From Octopus vulgaris (lineage: Eukaryota): a stretch of DNA of 64,000 bases. Positions 63,290-64,000 of this stretch are shown here, in pieces (within the stretch, counting starts at the first letter, position 1; every line of letters starts with the position of its first letter). A program made the position numbers and the translations under genes. The notes beneath the pieces were generated by a model. The model searched no databases. It saw nothing but the letters and a program-made list of their open reading frames with translations, and was not told the DNA's origin. Location: positions 60,512,001 through 60,576,000 of the forward strand of contig OX597828.1 in assembly GCA_951406725.2 (NCBI GenBank), read 5' to 3'.

Positions 63290-63930
63290 ATATGAATAGA
63301 CAAGCACGCATACACACACATACGCAAATGAAGACTGAAACACATGACCATACACACACACACACACTTCACTTTACACAAGGACACATATGGAGACACA
63401 CTCCATACGTATGGAGACACAGATCCATACATACAGACGCAGTACACAGTCACAAAAACCCATACACACACAAAGACACACTCAGACATACACACACAAG
63501 GAGACAGAGGTACACACACACATGCAAACACACACACACACACAAAACACGCAAACACGAATACACAAACACATGAATATGCAGAATACATACATACAAA
63601 CGTACACACATACATATATACATACGCGCACATACATACATACATACATACATACATACATGCATACACACACTTACACGCATACATACATGCGCATGCG
63701 CGCAACTCACTGACCCCACACACATGCGCACAAACAAAAAGAACGCAGCTTGGATAACGGACAGAGTCAACAACTGAAAAGGTTGCAAGATGCAACGAAA
63801 ATTTTAGGAAAAATAAGTAAGTAAATGAGTGGAAATTTTACCGATGATATTTTACCGAATGATATTTTACCGAAATTTTACCGTTAAATGATAAGGCACT
63901 AAAAGAGAATGACTCTCCCCAGACACAACA
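63290..63930 (+). mobile_element. Penelope-like 3' region with CA-rich tract and hammerhead-like motif
   Basis: Homologous to 8371-8772 (inverted). Core CTGAAAA-G-GTTGCA-aga-TGCAAC-GAAA-ATTT-TAG at 63774-63807. Confidence 0.7.
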
Positions 63931-64000
63931 GAATATGCTTCAACACACGAACTCACATAAAGAATCTTGCAAACCAAATCCAAAAACGAAATGAAGTAAG

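Overview
Eukaryotic, AT-rich and microsatellite-rich genomic DNA. The SINE, RTE and Penelope repertoire points to an octopus (cephalopod), which is an inference. The one confidently identified host gene is ribosomal protein RPL24/eL24 (+ strand, 5 coding exons, 16676-47580, 158 aa), stretched to ~31 kb by nested transposons. A second, unidentified gene probably runs divergently on the - strand (first coding exon 3887-4317). Nearly everything else is mobile DNA: two RTE LINEs with a PHD-like finger inside the RT, three CR1-group LINE copies, Penelope-like elements, a full-length but disrupted Helitron, a near-intact piggyBac plus three deletion derivatives, solo LTRs, mariner/Tc1/Gypsy fragments and tRNA-derived SINEs. 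The most unusual signals are: (1) two ORF1-only, Tx1/L1-like retroelements inserted one after the other at the same 15-bp site of one SINE, suggesting a SINE-targeting HAL1-like system; (2) several minimal hammerhead ribozymes, one fused behind a tRNA-derived head and some with a U3-A8 core variant; (3) a ~400-bp near-perfect palindrome; (4) a 656-bp duplication that starts exactly at a piggyBac terminus and flanks an RPL24 exon. All calls were made by eye, and TE boundaries without TSDs or termini are approximate.
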